DNA of 64,000 nucleotides from an uncultured Gammaproteobacteria bacterium. GTDB taxonomy: Bacteria; Pseudomonadota; Gammaproteobacteria; UBA9214. A model generated the notes under the pieces. It saw only the letters and a program-made list of their open reading frames with translations, was not told where the DNA came from and made no database searches. Numbering within the stretch: the first letter of the stretch is position 1; each line of letters opens with the position of its first letter. Below are positions 30,312-40,988 of the stretch, piece after piece. The translations under genes were made by a program, and so were the position numbers. Where the stretch lies: NCBI GenBank assembly GCA_963824045.1, contig CAWGNW010000012.1, forward strand, positions 1,415 through 65,414. The letters run 5' to 3'.

Positions 30312-31992
30312 ATGAGTAACAAGCTGAATCGCTACAGTTCCCGTATCACGCAGCCCAAATCACAGGGCGCTTCCCAGGCCATGCTTTACGGCACTGGTCT
30401 CACCGCTGAGGATATGGACAAGGGACAGGTCGGCATATCCAGTGTCTGGTACGAGGGCAATACCTGCAATATGCATCTCAATGACCTGGCCGCCAGGGTG
30501 CGTGAAGGCGTGCGCGCTGCCGGTCTGGTCGGCATGCGCTTCAACACCATCGGGGTGAGTGACGGGATTTCCATGGGTACCGATGGCATGAGCTATTCAT
30601 TGCAGTCCCGCGACCTGATCGCGGACTCGATCGAGACCGTGATGTCCGCGCAGTGGTACGACGCCAATATCTCGATTCCGGGCTGCGACAAGAACATGCC
30701 CGGCTGCCTGATCGCCATGGGCCGGCTGAATCGTCCCGCACTGATGGTCTACGGCGGCACCATCAAACCGGGGCATTACCATGACCAGACGCTGGATATC
30801 GTGTCGGCGTTCCAGAGTTATGGCGAGTTTATTGCCGGCAAGATCGACGAGGAGACACGCCATGGCATCGTCAACCATGCCTGCCCCGGCGCGGGTGCGT
30901 GCGGTGGTATGTATACGGCGAATACCATGGCCTCGGCGATCGAGGCGCTGGGCATGTCACTGCCCTACAGTTCATCCACGCCGGCGGTGGACCCGGTCAA
31001 ACTGGAAGAGTGTTTCAATGCGGGCCAGGCGATCCGTAACCTGCTGGAAAGGGACATCAAGCCGCGCGACATTATGACGCGAGCGGCGTTTGAAAATGCC
31101 ATGGTTATCGTGATGGCACTCGGCGGGTCGACCAATGCCGTGTTGCACCTGATTGCCATGGCGCGGGCGGTCGATGTCCCGCTGACCATTGACGATTTCC
31201 AGTTGGTCAGCGACCGTATCCCGTTTCTCGCCGATCTCAAACCCAGCGGCAGGTATGTCATGGAGGATCTGCACGATGCGGGCGGGACCCCGGCAGTGAT
31301 GAAGTACCTGCTGGACGAGGGGTTGATGACAGGAGACTGTCTGACGGTGACCGGCAAACACGCTGGCCGAGAACCTGCAGTCACTGCCCGGTCTGGCGGT
31401 GGGGCAGGAGGTTATCCATCCCCTGAACGATCCCATCAAGCAGACCGGCCATATCCAGATTCTCAAGGGCAATCTTGCGCCGGGCGGCTCGGTGGCGAAG
31501 ATCACCGGCAAGGAAGGGCTGCAATTCAAGGGGCCGGCAAAGGTATACGATTCCGAGGAGGCCATGCTCGAGGCGCTGGAAGACGGGTATATCAGCAAGG
31601 GTGACGTGGTGGTGATCCGTTATGAAGGTCCCAAGGGCGGTCCCGGCATGCCGGAGATGCTGACGCCGACCTCGGCGATCATGGGTGCGGGACTGGGCAA
31701 GGATGTGGCCCTGTTGACGGACGGCCGTTTCTCGGGGGGGTCGCACGGCTTTATCATCGGGCATATTGTTCCCGAGGCACAGGAAGGCGGACCGATCGGG
31801 TTGCTGCGGGACGGGGACATTATCAGCATTGATGCCGAGCATAAAACTCTCTCGGTTGCGGTCAGCGATGCGGAACTGGAGCAGCGCCGTCGTGACTGGC
31901 AGATGCCGCCTTACAAGGCGCAGCGCGGTACGCTGTACAAGTATATACAGCAGGTACGCAATGCATCGGACGGCTGTGTCACCGACGAGTAA
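30312..31992 (+). CDS. ilvD: Dihydroxy-acid dehydratase (frameshift near 31359)
   Basis: [29 protein letters not shown]; then [13 protein letters not shown] and TDGRFSGG in the +1 frame. Confidence 0.95.
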
Positions 31993-32043
31993 GCACCGCA
32001 GCCGGGTGACAGTGCCCCCGGGTGCCGGGCCGGAGGCTGTCGT

Positions 32044-32713
32044 CTAGAAGGTGTCCCAGCTGGATTTCTTGCGCCAGCGGATGCGCGGGATGATCAGGCC
32101 GACGATGATGCCCAGCAGTACGACGCCGGCACCCACCATGAACCAGTCGCGCGCTGTACGGTCCCTGAGCCCCTCGTTTTCCTGTTGCAGGGTCTGCAAT
32201 TGCCGTTCCAGTGATACCACCCGGCCTTTCAGGTCCTTGTTTTCCGAGTCGATTGCCAGGGCACTGGAGGCGGTGCGCTTGATTTCCGAAAGTTCCTGGC
32301 TGACGTTACGGGATTGTCCATCCAGGGCTGCCAGTTCTTTTGCCAGTGGCCGCTTTCTCTTCGGTCAGAGCCGCCATGCTGGTTTCCATTTTGCGGTTTT
32401 CCAGTTCCAGTTCCGCCAGGTTCTTTTCAGCCGCTGCGAGTCGGTCGCGCGCGGCCTGGCCCTTCATCAGATAGCGTGACAGGACCCAGCCTTCCTTGCC
32501 GCCCTTGACGCGAATATTTGTGTAGCCGGTTTCCTTGTCCTCCTCGAGCACGTCCACCGGTGTGCCGCTGCGCAGCATGCGGGTGATTCCATAGCTGGTG
32601 CCTTTGCCGCTGCGCATGGTGATCTCGAGGTTGTCGCTGACATAGCGGGTCTCGGCAAGGGCAGTGCCGCTGACCAGCAGTGAGAGGAATACCGGGATGA
32701 TTGCGTTTTTCAC
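32044..32713 (-). CDS. SH3-domain coiled-coil protein, YgiM/HtrG-like (frameshift near 32350)
   Basis: Signal peptide, ETRYVSD..MRSG SH3, coiled coil, C-terminal TM followed by RKKSSWDTF. Confidence 0.85.
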
Positions 32714-32896
32714 GACTGCTCCATTACGTCTGTCAGGAAATAAAGTTAGCTATTCTAGCCGATCGGCGGGACGGATGGGGGGTCGCCGCGGGCACTGCTC
32801 CGGGTTGCGGGTAACCACAGTAAAAACAACGGGGTTAGCTGTCAACCAGGAGCGATAACAGGGTATCATCCGGGCATTCCCTGGCAATGACGGAAA

Positions 32897-33479
32897 GTGT
32901 TTGAAGTGAATATTGATTCCACCGGAGAGCGATTGCTGGAAGCACGTCAGGTGGCGTCACCCAACTGTGACGCAGCGTCCCGCCGGCTGCGAAGTCTCCC
33001 TGGTCGTAATTCACGGCATCAGCCTGCCGCCGGGTCACTATGGCGGTCCGGAAATCGACCAGTTGTTCACCAACCGGCTCGATGCCGCTGCGCATCCCTA
33101 TTTTGCCGCGATTGCCGGGCTCAGGGTCTCCACCCATCTGCTGATCCGCCGGGATGGCGAACTGGTGCAGTATGTCCCGTTTACCCTGCGTGCCTGGCAT
33201 GCCGGCGAATCCTGTTACGACGGCTGCGGCGCCTGCAATGACTTCTCGATCGGTATCGAACTCGAAGGCCAGGATCACGAGGCCTACACCGCCATACAGT
33301 ACGAGCAGCTGGCGGCCGTACTGCAGGTCCTGATAGAGACCTTCCCGCGCCTCTCGGCCGAGCGCGTTGCCGGGCACAGCGATGTCGCGCCCGGGCGCAA
33401 GACGGACCCGGGACCGGCCTTTGACTGGAACAGTCTGCAGCAGCAGCTGGCGCTGCTGCAGTCACAGCAGGTCGGATGA
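32897..33479 (+). CDS. ampD: 1,6-anhydro-N-acetylmuramyl-L-alanine amidase (frameshift near 32973)
   Basis: SPNCD, VIHGISLPPG, RAWHAG, CNDFSIGIELEG, GHSDVAPGRKTDPG. Confidence 0.93.
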
Positions 33480-34087
33480 GCAGGGCGGCGATGGAGTACC
33501 GGGAAACCGAGATCGAACTGTTGCGTCATGGCGAACCGGTGGGTGGGCGGCGCTATCGCGGCAAGCTCGATGATGCATTGAGTGAAAGGGGCTGGCAGCA
33601 AATGTGGCATGCGGTCGGAGACCGCGCCGACTGGCAACAGATTGTCACCTCACCCCTGCAGCGCTGCCGTGCCTTTGCGATGGCGCTGGGCGAGCGGCAC
33701 GGGCTGCCGGTGGCGGTCGATGCGCGTTTTGCAGAAGTCGGGTTCGGCAGCTGGGAGGGCCGGACAAGGCAGGAACTGGAAGCGCAGGCACCCGGGCAGG
33801 TAGCACGCTTCCTGCAGGACCCGGTCGATAATCGTCCCCCGGGTGCCGAGGTGCTGGATGATTTCATTTCCCGCGTATACGCAGGCCTGGGTAACATCCT
33901 GCATGCTTATGCCGGGCAGCGGGTATTGCTGGTTGCCCATGCGGGTGTAATCCGTGCCGTAATGACCCATGTGCTGGAAATGCCGCCTGCCGTGATGTAC
34001 CGCATCCATGTGGCAAATGCGGGTATGACGCGTATTCGTACCGACCGGGAACGCACCTTCACCCTGATATCCCACGACAGCCCCTGA
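33476..34087 (+). CDS. Histidine phosphatase family protein (CobC-like)
   Basis: LLRHGE, TSPLQRC, EVGFGSWEG, VAHAGVIR. Confidence 0.88.
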   Translation: MSRAAMEYRETEIELLRHGEPVGGRRYRGKLDDALSERGWQQMWHAVGDRADWQQIVTSPLQRCRAFAMALGERHGLPVAVDARFAEVGFGSWEGRTRQELEAQAPGQVARFLQDPVDNRPPGAEVLDDFISRVYAGLGNILHAYAGQRVLLVAHAGVIRAVMTHVLEMPPAVMYRIHVANAGMTRIRTDRERTFTLISHDSP

Positions 34088-34118
34088 AGTCCCCGCTTGT
34101 CAGGCAGTGCACAGGGTG

Positions 34119-34147
34119 AAAAAAACGGCGGTCCGCTGTCCCGCCGT
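34119..34147 (-). terminator. Intrinsic terminator facing the minus strand
   Basis: ACGGCGG-loop-CCGCCGT stem followed by a T run on the minus strand. Confidence 0.65.
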
Positions 34148-34545
34148 AATACCCCCAAGTGGGGGGAGAATAGACCGGTTCCGGGTTGTGTCGCTATTAG
34201 GGAAACTACTTATGAAGACCTGCCAGACTGCTCCCATTCTGTGCCGCCCGCTGCAAGGGGGAGCGGAAGCGTGTCACCGGGCGCAGCTTGCAAACGGAAT
34301 TGTCAGGACAGGTTATCCAGCAATAACACGAAGGGCGGTGTCAGCGCAGTGACAAGCATGAGAATGCCAAACAATATCTCACGAACATTCTGGATCATGG
34401 GCAGGCACCGGTTCGGTTATTGCAACGGCTATCGTCCGTTTCCGGATCATCTTGAGAGCGGTGAATACCGGGACGCCGGCGCAGCAGACACGGGCATGAT
34501 ACATGTCGGGGCGCCAGGACGCTTCATGCAGGGATGTGGCAATAC

Positions 34546-35454
34546 ATGAACAGCAACAGCCTGCGCATGGGCGTTGACCTTGGCGGCACCAAGATCGAGG
34601 CGCTGGTTCTGGATGACGAGGGTGCTGAACTTGCCCGGGAGCGCATCCCGACGCCATCCGGTGACTATACGGCAACGCTGCAGGCACTGGCCGGCCTCGT
34701 CGGCAGGCTTGAAGCGCGCGTCGGGTGCCAGTGTCGTGTCGGTATCGGGATGCCGGGCACCTTCTCCCGCGCGACCGGATGGGTAAAGAACTCGAATTCC
34801 GTTTGTCTCAACGGACAGCCATTGCGCCAGGACCTGGAGTTATTACTGCAGCGGCCGCTGCGTTTCGCCAACGACGCCGACTGTTTCACCCTGTCCGAGG
34901 CAACGGACGGCGCGGCACGCCATGCCGCGGTGGTGTTTGGAGTGATCCTCGGTACCGGGACCGGTGGCGGTATCTGCGTGAACGGGAAACCGCTGGCAGG
35001 TCCCAATGCCATCACCGGCGAGTGGGGCCACAATCCGTTGCCGTGGCCGCAGGCGGATGAGTTGCCGGGCCGGGCGTGTTATTGCGGCAAGCGTGGCTGC
35101 ATCGAAACCTGGGTGTCGGGGCCGGGACTGGTACTGGATTACCGGGAATGCAGTACGCAGGACCTGACAGCGCCGGTAATAATCCGTGCTGCCGGGACTG
35201 GCGATGCCGTGGCGCAGGCTGCTGTGGAACGCTATGTGGACAGGCTTGCGCGGTCGCTGGCCGGCGTCATCAACATTCTGGACCCTGACTGCATCGTTCT
35301 TGGCGGCGGCCTGTCCAACCATGCGGGACTTTACGCAGCGGTGCCTTCCCGCTGGGAGCGCTACGTTTTCTCGGACAGGGTTGAGACAGCTCTGGTGCCC
35401 GCGAAATACGGGGATTCCAGCGGCGTCAGGGGCGCTGCCTGGCTCTGGGTATAG
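34546..35454 (+). CDS. ROK-family sugar kinase (Mak-like)
   Basis: GVDLGGTKIE, ANDADC, GEWGHNPLP..CYCGKRGCIE. Confidence 0.92.
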   Translation: MNSNSLRMGVDLGGTKIEALVLDDEGAELARERIPTPSGDYTATLQALAGLVGRLEARVGCQCRVGIGMPGTFSRATGWVKNSNSVCLNGQPLRQDLELLLQRPLRFANDADCFTLSEATDGAARHAAVVFGVILGTGTGGGICVNGKPLAGPNAITGEWGHNPLPWPQADELPGRACYCGKRGCIETWVSGPGLVLDYRECSTQDLTAPVIIRAAGTGDAVAQAAVERYVDRLARSLAGVINILDPDCIVLGGGLSNHAGLYAAVPSRWERYVFSDRVETALVPAKYGDSSGVRGAAWLWV

Positions 35455-35480
35455 TGGTGCTGGCTGCTCTGTGCCGGAAC

Positions 35481-36251
35481 TCAGTCTGACTGACGCGCAG
35501 CGATTTCCCGCAGGTGCGGCACCTCCAGCCCGGCCACAGCGGCCTGCTGCAGGGCGCGCTTGAGACGTGCCGGAGCGCTGCGCCCCGTACACTTGTGGTC
35601 GGGGTCACCGTCAAAGGCCGCCAGCATACCCTTGATCAGGGCATCCGCATCGAACGAGCGTCCTGCCAGGGTTTCCTGGATGCTGATTACCTCGCGGGCC
35701 ACGGCTTCGGCAAGTTCCCGGTGTTCTGACCAGAGTTCGCTGACGCTGCCGCCTGTGACCAGTCCGGCACAATTCGTGGTGACAATGTAGACGTTCTTGA
35801 CGACCAGCTCGAACAGCAGTTCCGATCTGTTTTCCAGCACGCGTGCCGGAATATCGATGGCTCCTAGGCTGGCCGCCAGGATGTCCGCCTGCGGGCCATA
35901 CACCGGTGACGGGATCAGCACTTTTGCATCCTGGCCCGGCTTTTTTTCGAACCAGACGGAAATCACGGTTGGCTGTGCCAGGCCGTGCTGCTCCCAGTCG
36001 CGGGGCAGCAGTTCATTCTGCAGCAGGGCGACACGCGAATGCCAGGCCGGAGGCAACCGCTCCAGTACGGTATGCAGGTCGTTCTCTGCGACTGCCACCA
36101 GCACGATTTCCGGATCGGGCAGTTCCCCGGCGGCTTCCGCCAGGTCCATGCCACGCGTGAGGGGGTACACGGGGTAGCCCGTGCGCAGCAGGCCGCGCGC
36201 AAACACGCCGCCCATTTCACCAATGCCGATAACAACAACGGGAATGTTCAT
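35481..36251 (-). CDS. Uncharacterised Rossmann-fold protein (ketopantoate-reductase-like)
   Basis: VVVIGIGEMGGVFA nucleotide-binding start, LLQNE; function unclear. Confidence 0.7.
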   Translation of the reverse strand: MNIPVVVIGIGEMGGVFARGLLRTGYPVYPLTRGMDLAEAAGELPDPEIVLVAVAENDLHTVLERLPPAWHSRVALLQNELLPRDWEQHGLAQPTVISVWFEKKPGQDAKVLIPSPVYGPQADILAASLGAIDIPARVLENRSELLFELVVKNVYIVTTNCAGLVTGGSVSELWSEHRELAEAVAREVISIQETLAGRSFDADALIKGMLAAFDGDPDHKCTGRSAPARLKRALQQAAVAGLEVPHLREIAARQSD

Positions 36252-36304
36252 CTGCCGGGATTCCTGCTTGTGTCATGTGGAATGACGCGAGAGTATAGCG
36301 CACC

Positions 36305-37225
36305 ATGAGAAAACGCATCGTGTGGCTGGTCGCAATCCTCGCAGGTTGCGGGTTGTTGTTGCCTGGCATGCCGGTGCGCGCGGATCCCGCGGTAAGGGTA
36401 CTCGATGATGCCGGACATACGATCGTGCTTGACGCCCCGGCGCGGCGCATTGTGAGCCTGGCTCCGAACCTGACCGAACTGCTGTACGCGGCAGGTGCCG
36501 GAGACGCAATCGTGGGCACCTCCGAATTCAGCGATTACCCGGCGGCAGCCCGAGACATTCCCCGCATCGGCGGCGGCGGCGGCCTGGACATCGAGGCGAT
36601 CATCGCCCTGCAACCGGACCTTGTGGTCGCCTGGCAAAGCGGTAATCCCGATGGCCAGCTGGAGCGCCTGCAGGCGCTCGGGATGACGTTGTTCCTGTCC
36701 GAGCCGCGGCAGTTGCTGGATGTGCCGGGGACGCTTGTCCGGCTGGGGCGGCTGGCGGGCCATGAACAGGTCGCGCAGGCCGCGGCACGTGCCTTTGCTG
36801 TGCGCTACCGGGAATTACAGCGGCGATATTCCGAACGCCCGACTGTCGATGTCTTCTACCAGGTCTGGCGACAGCCGCTGATGACAGTAAACGGGAAACA
36901 CCTGATCAGCGATGTCATACGTTTATGTGGCGGGCGCAACGTGTTCAGTGACCTGCCGGTACTCGCGCCGCAGGTCGACATCGAGGCGGTGCTTGCTGCG
37001 GATCCCGCGGTGATCATCGTTGGCACGGGTGGCACCAGTGAAACCGCTGAGTTGCAGGACTGGAAACGCTGGCCGATGCTGGCGGCAGTGGCGGGTGGAC
37101 ACCTGTACGGGGTGCAGCGCGAACTGCTGGTGCGGCACAGTCCGCGCATACTGGAAGGCGCCGGGCAGGTGTGCAGGATTCTGGAAAAAGTGAGAAGTGA
37201 AAAAGGTGAGAAGGGGAAAAAGTGA
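36305..37225 (+). CDS. btuF: Cobalamin-binding periplasmic protein
   Basis: RIVSLAPNLTELLYAAG, SDYP, DIEAIIALQPDLV, CGGRNVF; lies in the B12 locus. Confidence 0.88.
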   Translation: MRKRIVWLVAILAGCGLLLPGMPVRADPAVRVLDDAGHTIVLDAPARRIVSLAPNLTELLYAAGAGDAIVGTSEFSDYPAAARDIPRIGGGGGLDIEAIIALQPDLVVAWQSGNPDGQLERLQALGMTLFLSEPRQLLDVPGTLVRLGRLAGHEQVAQAAARAFAVRYRELQRRYSERPTVDVFYQVWRQPLMTVNGKHLISDVIRLCGGRNVFSDLPVLAPQVDIEAVLAADPAVIIVGTGGTSETAELQDWKRWPMLAAVAGGHLYGVQRELLVRHSPRILEGAGQVCRILEKVRSEKGEKGKK

Positions 37226-37490
37226 AAAGTTAAAAGTAAAAAAGTGACGGGTCAGGTGTTGACAGGGCAGTGGAATCGGCCATCATCCTGATCACTTCTC
37301 ACTTCTCACTTCTCACTTCTCACTTCTCACTTCTCACTTCTCACTTCTCACTTCTCACTTCTCACTTCTCACTTCTCACTTCTCACTTCTCACTTCTCAC
37401 TTCTCACTTCTCACTTCTCACTTCTCACTTCTCACTTCTCACTTCTCACTTCTCACTTCTCACTTCTCACTTTTCACTTCTCACTTCTTT
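37184..37490. repeat. Heptamer inverted-repeat element with 28 x TCACTTC
   Basis: Degenerate purine arm, conserved spacer, array at 37292-37487 (27 perfect units and 1 variant). Confidence 0.95.
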
Positions 37491-38029
37491 CATGCCGCCA
37501 GAAGACATCCGGTTTGCCGGCCAGGCGGTTGAACTCCCGGGCGATCACAAACAGCAGGTCGGAGAGGCGATTCAGGTAGCCGACTGCGGCCGGGTTGACG
37601 GCTTCCCTTTGCGAAAGCGTGTACAGGCGGCGTTCCGCCCGCCGGCAGATGGCCCGTGCAAGATGGCAGGCTGCCGCCGCTGAGGATACCGCCCGGCAGG
37701 ATGAATTCCTTCAGTGGCGGCAGCGCTTCATTGAGCGCGTCCAGCCATTGTTCCAGCCGGGTTACCCGCTCTCCCGTGAGACAGGCGGTTCCCGGCATGC
37801 TGAGTTCACCGCCCAGGTCGAACAGTGTGTGCTGGATTTCCGTGAGTATGGTGTCGAGGGTTGCCGGCGGCGCATGCGCGAGAACGGTTCCGATGGCGCT
37901 GTTGAGTTCATCGATGGCACCGATTGCCTCGATTCTGGGGTGGTCCTTGGCGATGCGGGCACCATCGGATAGACCGGTGCTGCCATCGTCGCCGGTCCGG
38001 GTATAAATCCTGGTAAGGCGGTTGCCCAT
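37474..38029 (-). CDS. PduO-type ATP:cob(I)alamin adenosyltransferase (frameshift near 37687)
   Basis: [26 protein letters not shown]; then [14 protein letters not shown] in the shifted frame. Confidence 0.9.
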
Positions 38030-38030
38030 G

Positions 38031-38693
38031 TCAGCCCTCCAGCAGCCGGTATTCAACAGGCAGTATCAGGTCAACATGGCGGCCTTGCAGCCATGTGCCT
38101 GCGTTCGGAAGCCGCGCCAGCCGCGAGAGGCTGTTGATGGCGGCAGTGTTCAGTACCTCGTAGGGCGATGGCTCGACCAGATGCAGCCGGGTCAGGTTGC
38201 CGTTGGCCTCGATACGCAGCCCGACTCGCACAATGCCTTCCCAGCCCCGCCGGCGTGCCAGCAGCGGGTAACTGAAATGCGGCATTAATGCCGTGTGCAG
38301 GCTGTCGAGCAACTGTTGCTCAAGTGTCGCCGTGCGGGTCGCGGTTGCCGCTGCCTGCTGCTGTGTACTTCCGGCGGGGGCATCGGTGTCGGGCAGGTTC
38401 TCCGCAACTGCGGGGAGTGTGGCGGGAAGCCTTGCGGGGTGGCGCTGTGGCAGAAATCTCTCCGCTGCAGTGGTTGTCTGCAATGTCGCAGCCTGTTGCG
38501 TTTTGACAGCGGCTGCCATCCCGTCGCTGGTCGGGCGGCTTTCCGGGGTACTCCCGGGTGCCGGCACCAGTCTGACGATGACCGGGCCAGCCAGCCAGTT
38601 TAGCTGCGGCCGGTCGCTGCGTGCCACGAGCAGGGCGGCCGCATGCAGGGCCAGCGAGATGGCAAGAAAGTGGCTGAGACGGGGGCTGAGCAT
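38031..38693 (-). CDS. TonB family energy transducer
   Basis: SLALH TM motif; YPLLARRRGWEGIVRV C-terminal domain. Confidence 0.87.
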   Translation of the reverse strand: MLSPRLSHFLAISLALHAAALLVARSDRPQLNWLAGPVIVRLVPAPGSTPESRPTSDGMAAAVKTQQAATLQTTTAAERFLPQRHPARLPATLPAVAENLPDTDAPAGSTQQQAAATATRTATLEQQLLDSLHTALMPHFSYPLLARRRGWEGIVRVGLRIEANGNLTRLHLVEPSPYEVLNTAAINSLSRLARLPNAGTWLQGRHVDLILPVEYRLLEG

Positions 38694-38697
38694 GGCG

Positions 38698-40641
38698 TTA
38701 CAGGGTGCTTGCCTTGACGCCGACGTACACGCCTCTGCCCGGCTGCGCGAAGCCGGCGGGTTCCTCGTAATCCCGGTCGAACAGATTTTCCACCCGCCCG
38801 ATCAGTTCCCAGTGCCGGTTCAGATTCCAGGATGCCGCAAGGTTGGCGAGGAAATAACTCCCGCGCTGGATGCGGGCACCCGTCGTCGGGTCGGTGTCGT
38901 AGCGATTGCCGATGAAAATGCCCTCGGGGTACACACCCAGCTCATCGAACGGCGTATAGGCCAGGGTCAGCACGGCCTTTCGCAGCGGGCGCCGCTGCAG
39001 GTTCTCGTCGGTCTGCTGGTCCACGGCACGGGTGTAGCTGTAACTGAGCGTGCTGTTCAAGCGGCTGGAGAATTCCGTTTTCAGAAAGCTCTCAACGCCG
39101 TATGTCCTGACTTCTTTCCGGTTGATGTTGGTGGTGAAGGTATCGTCGAAGGTGATCAGGTTATCGATATCGTTGCGGTAGTAGGTCGCGCCGAATTGCG
39201 TGTGGATGCGCTGCAGCGCCTGTTCGAAACCCAGCTCCCAGCCTTTGCTGGTTTCGGGGTCGAGGTCCGGGTTGCCCGTGAACGGACCGAAGGAGCTTAC
39301 GGATACGCCGTAGAGCTGGGTCAGGGTGGGCGCCTTGAATCCGGTTGCCCAGGATCCTTTCAGGCGGGTGTCACTGGCGGGCAGGTTCCAGGAAAGGGCG
39401 AGTCGCCAGGTGGTTTTACCACTGAAGTCTTCACTGTGATCGTAACGGACGCCTGCGGTCCCGGAAAGATTTTCACCGGCATTGAACTGGTCCTGGAAGT
39501 AGGCGGCATTGTTTCGCTGGTTGGCGTCGGCGCTGGACAGGTAGGGTCCGAACGCGCTTTGCTGGTTCAGGCTGGCGTCAACTTTGTCTTCTTCGGTTTC
39601 GATGCCGAGGGTGAGTGTGTGGGTCTCGGAAAGATAGGCATCGTTCTGCAGGTCAAACTTGAGTTTACTGCCCTTGTTGGTCGCCCGCAGGTAATCCAGG
39701 GTGTTTACAGGGTCGTAATCGTCGCGGTCGCGGCGGTTTATGTCCGTGTAGTTGATGCCGAAGCGGTGCTCCGTGCGCCCCTCGAAAAGGTTCAGCCGGG
39801 TGTTCAGGCCCAGGATCACCTGCTCGGTCGTGTTGTCGCTGTCTGAATCGTCCCGCACCGGATAGACATTCAGGTCCAGGTCGTTGTCGGTTTTTACATA
39901 GCGTCCGCTGAAGTCGAAACCAAGCATGCTCGTGAGGTCGTATACGAGTCGGCTGGAGAGTGTCAGGCCCTCGTTGCCGTCATCATCGAGCACCCCGTTG
40001 GGCTGGCGGAAATCACTGGAAAGCGCCGAAACACCATCCGTGTCGGTGTGCTGGACGTTGAAGGTGTAGGACAACTGCCGGGTGGCACCGCTGAGGTAGG
40101 CATACTCGTTGAAGGTGTCGAAAGACCCGCCCTCCAGCGTGCCGCTCAGCGTCGTTTTTCCGCTGCCCTTTTTGGTGAATATCTGGATGACTGCGCCGAT
40201 GGCGTCCGAGCCGTACAGTGTGCTTTGCGGGCCATGCAGGACTTCGATCCTTTCGACATCGCCGATATACAGGTGGGAGAGGTCAATGCGGCCGTCGGTA
40301 TTGCTGGGATCGTTGATCTCGATGCCGTCAATCATCACCAGGGTATGGTTGGCGTTGGTCCCGCGGCTGAAAATGGAGGTCAGCTTGCCCGGGCCGCCAC
40401 TGCGAATAATGCTCAGGGAGGGAACGGACTGCAATGCCTCGGTGGCGGAACGATACTGGTGGTTGGCGATGTCCTCCGCCGTGATCACCGTGACGCTGCT
40501 GCCGATACGGCTGGAGGGCGTCGGAATGCGGGTCGCGGTGACGATGATGTTGTCCGGTGAAACTTCCACGGCTGCAAGGGCCGCTGCGGGAACGGCCAGT
40601 GCGGCCAGGATGAATGCGCCTGGCATGAGACCTGCTGGCAT
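38698..40641 (-). CDS. btuB: TonB-dependent receptor, BtuB-like
   Basis: IIVTATR TonB box, RGTNANHTLVMIDG, RIEVLHGPQSTLYGSDAIG, ENLFDRDY; downstream of a B12 riboswitch. Confidence 0.85.
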   Translation of the reverse strand: MPAGLMPGAFILAALAVPAAALAAVEVSPDNIIVTATRIPTPSSRIGSSVTVITAEDIANHQYRSATEALQSVPSLSIIRSGGPGKLTSIFSRGTNANHTLVMIDGIEINDPSNTDGRIDLSHLYIGDVERIEVLHGPQSTLYGSDAIGAVIQIFTKKGSGKTTLSGTLEGGSFDTFNEYAYLSGATRQLSYTFNVQHTDTDGVSALSSDFRQPNGVLDDDGNEGLTLSSRLVYDLTSMLGFDFSGRYVKTDNDLDLNVYPVRDDSDSDNTTEQVILGLNTRLNLFEGRTEHRFGINYTDINRRDRDDYDPVNTLDYLRATNKGSKLKFDLQNDAYLSETHTLTLGIETEEDKVDASLNQQSAFGPYLSSADANQRNNAAYFQDQFNAGENLSGTAGVRYDHSEDFSGKTTWRLALSWNLPASDTRLKGSWATGFKAPTLTQLYGVSVSSFGPFTGNPDLDPETSKGWELGFEQALQRIHTQFGATYYRNDIDNLITFDDTFTTNINRKEVRTYGVESFLKTEFSSRLNSTLSYSYTRAVDQQTDENLQRRPLRKAVLTLAYTPFDELGVYPEGIFIGNRYDTDPTTGARIQRGSYFLANLAASWNLNRHWELIGRVENLFDRDYEEPAGFAQPGRGVYVGVKASTL

Positions 40642-40763
40642 GGTGTCTTCCTCGTGTATGCAGCGCACACCCGCGCCGCCGGTTATCGGGCGCAGAGGAA
40701 GAGAGACAGGGTGGAAATTATTGCGTCTGTCTGCATCGCCCCCCGCGATACGTCCAAGTCAGA

Positions 40764-40951
40764 ATTTCAGGCCGGTCTCCGGGCTTGCGAGCGGGATTAT
40801 CCCCGGTGAACCGCCTTCCCGCGCTGTGCGCAGTGGCATACTGGTTCACCTAGACTCGCTTACCGTTGCGGGGGCAGCGCCGGAATTGTCAGGTTGACGC
40901 ACCGGCTTCCCGTTTCATCCCTTGAACGAAGGTTCTCGGGACACCTGAAAC
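40764..40951 (-). ncRNA. Cobalamin riboswitch
   Basis: AAACGGGAAGCCGGTG..TTCCGGCGCTGCCCCCGCAACGGTAA..GCCACTG..GGGAAGGC..AGCCCGGAGACCGGCC (B12 box). Confidence 0.95.
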
Positions 40952-40988
40952 TAAGCTGTGCCGACTCTAAGTCCCTCGTTGCGGGCTG

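Noticed and set aside
37292-37487. Possible CRISPR array
   Set aside because: Contiguous 7-nt units with no spacers, and no cas genes.
37270-37683. ORF with LTSHFSL repeats (and its twin at 53652-54041)
   Set aside because: Translation artefact of the stop-free TTCTCAC strand; it overlaps real genes on the opposite strand.
16270-37700. Programmed frameshifting or mass pseudogenisation of rhlB, gspC, gspD, ilvD and ampD
   Set aside because: No shared slippery motif, all are +1, and the genes are otherwise intact; sequence error is the simpler explanation.
38293-39846. 517-aa plus-strand ORF (and other long antisense ORFs such as 3510-4661 and 61933-63078)
   Set aside because: Shadows of well-supported opposite-strand genes in GC-rich DNA.
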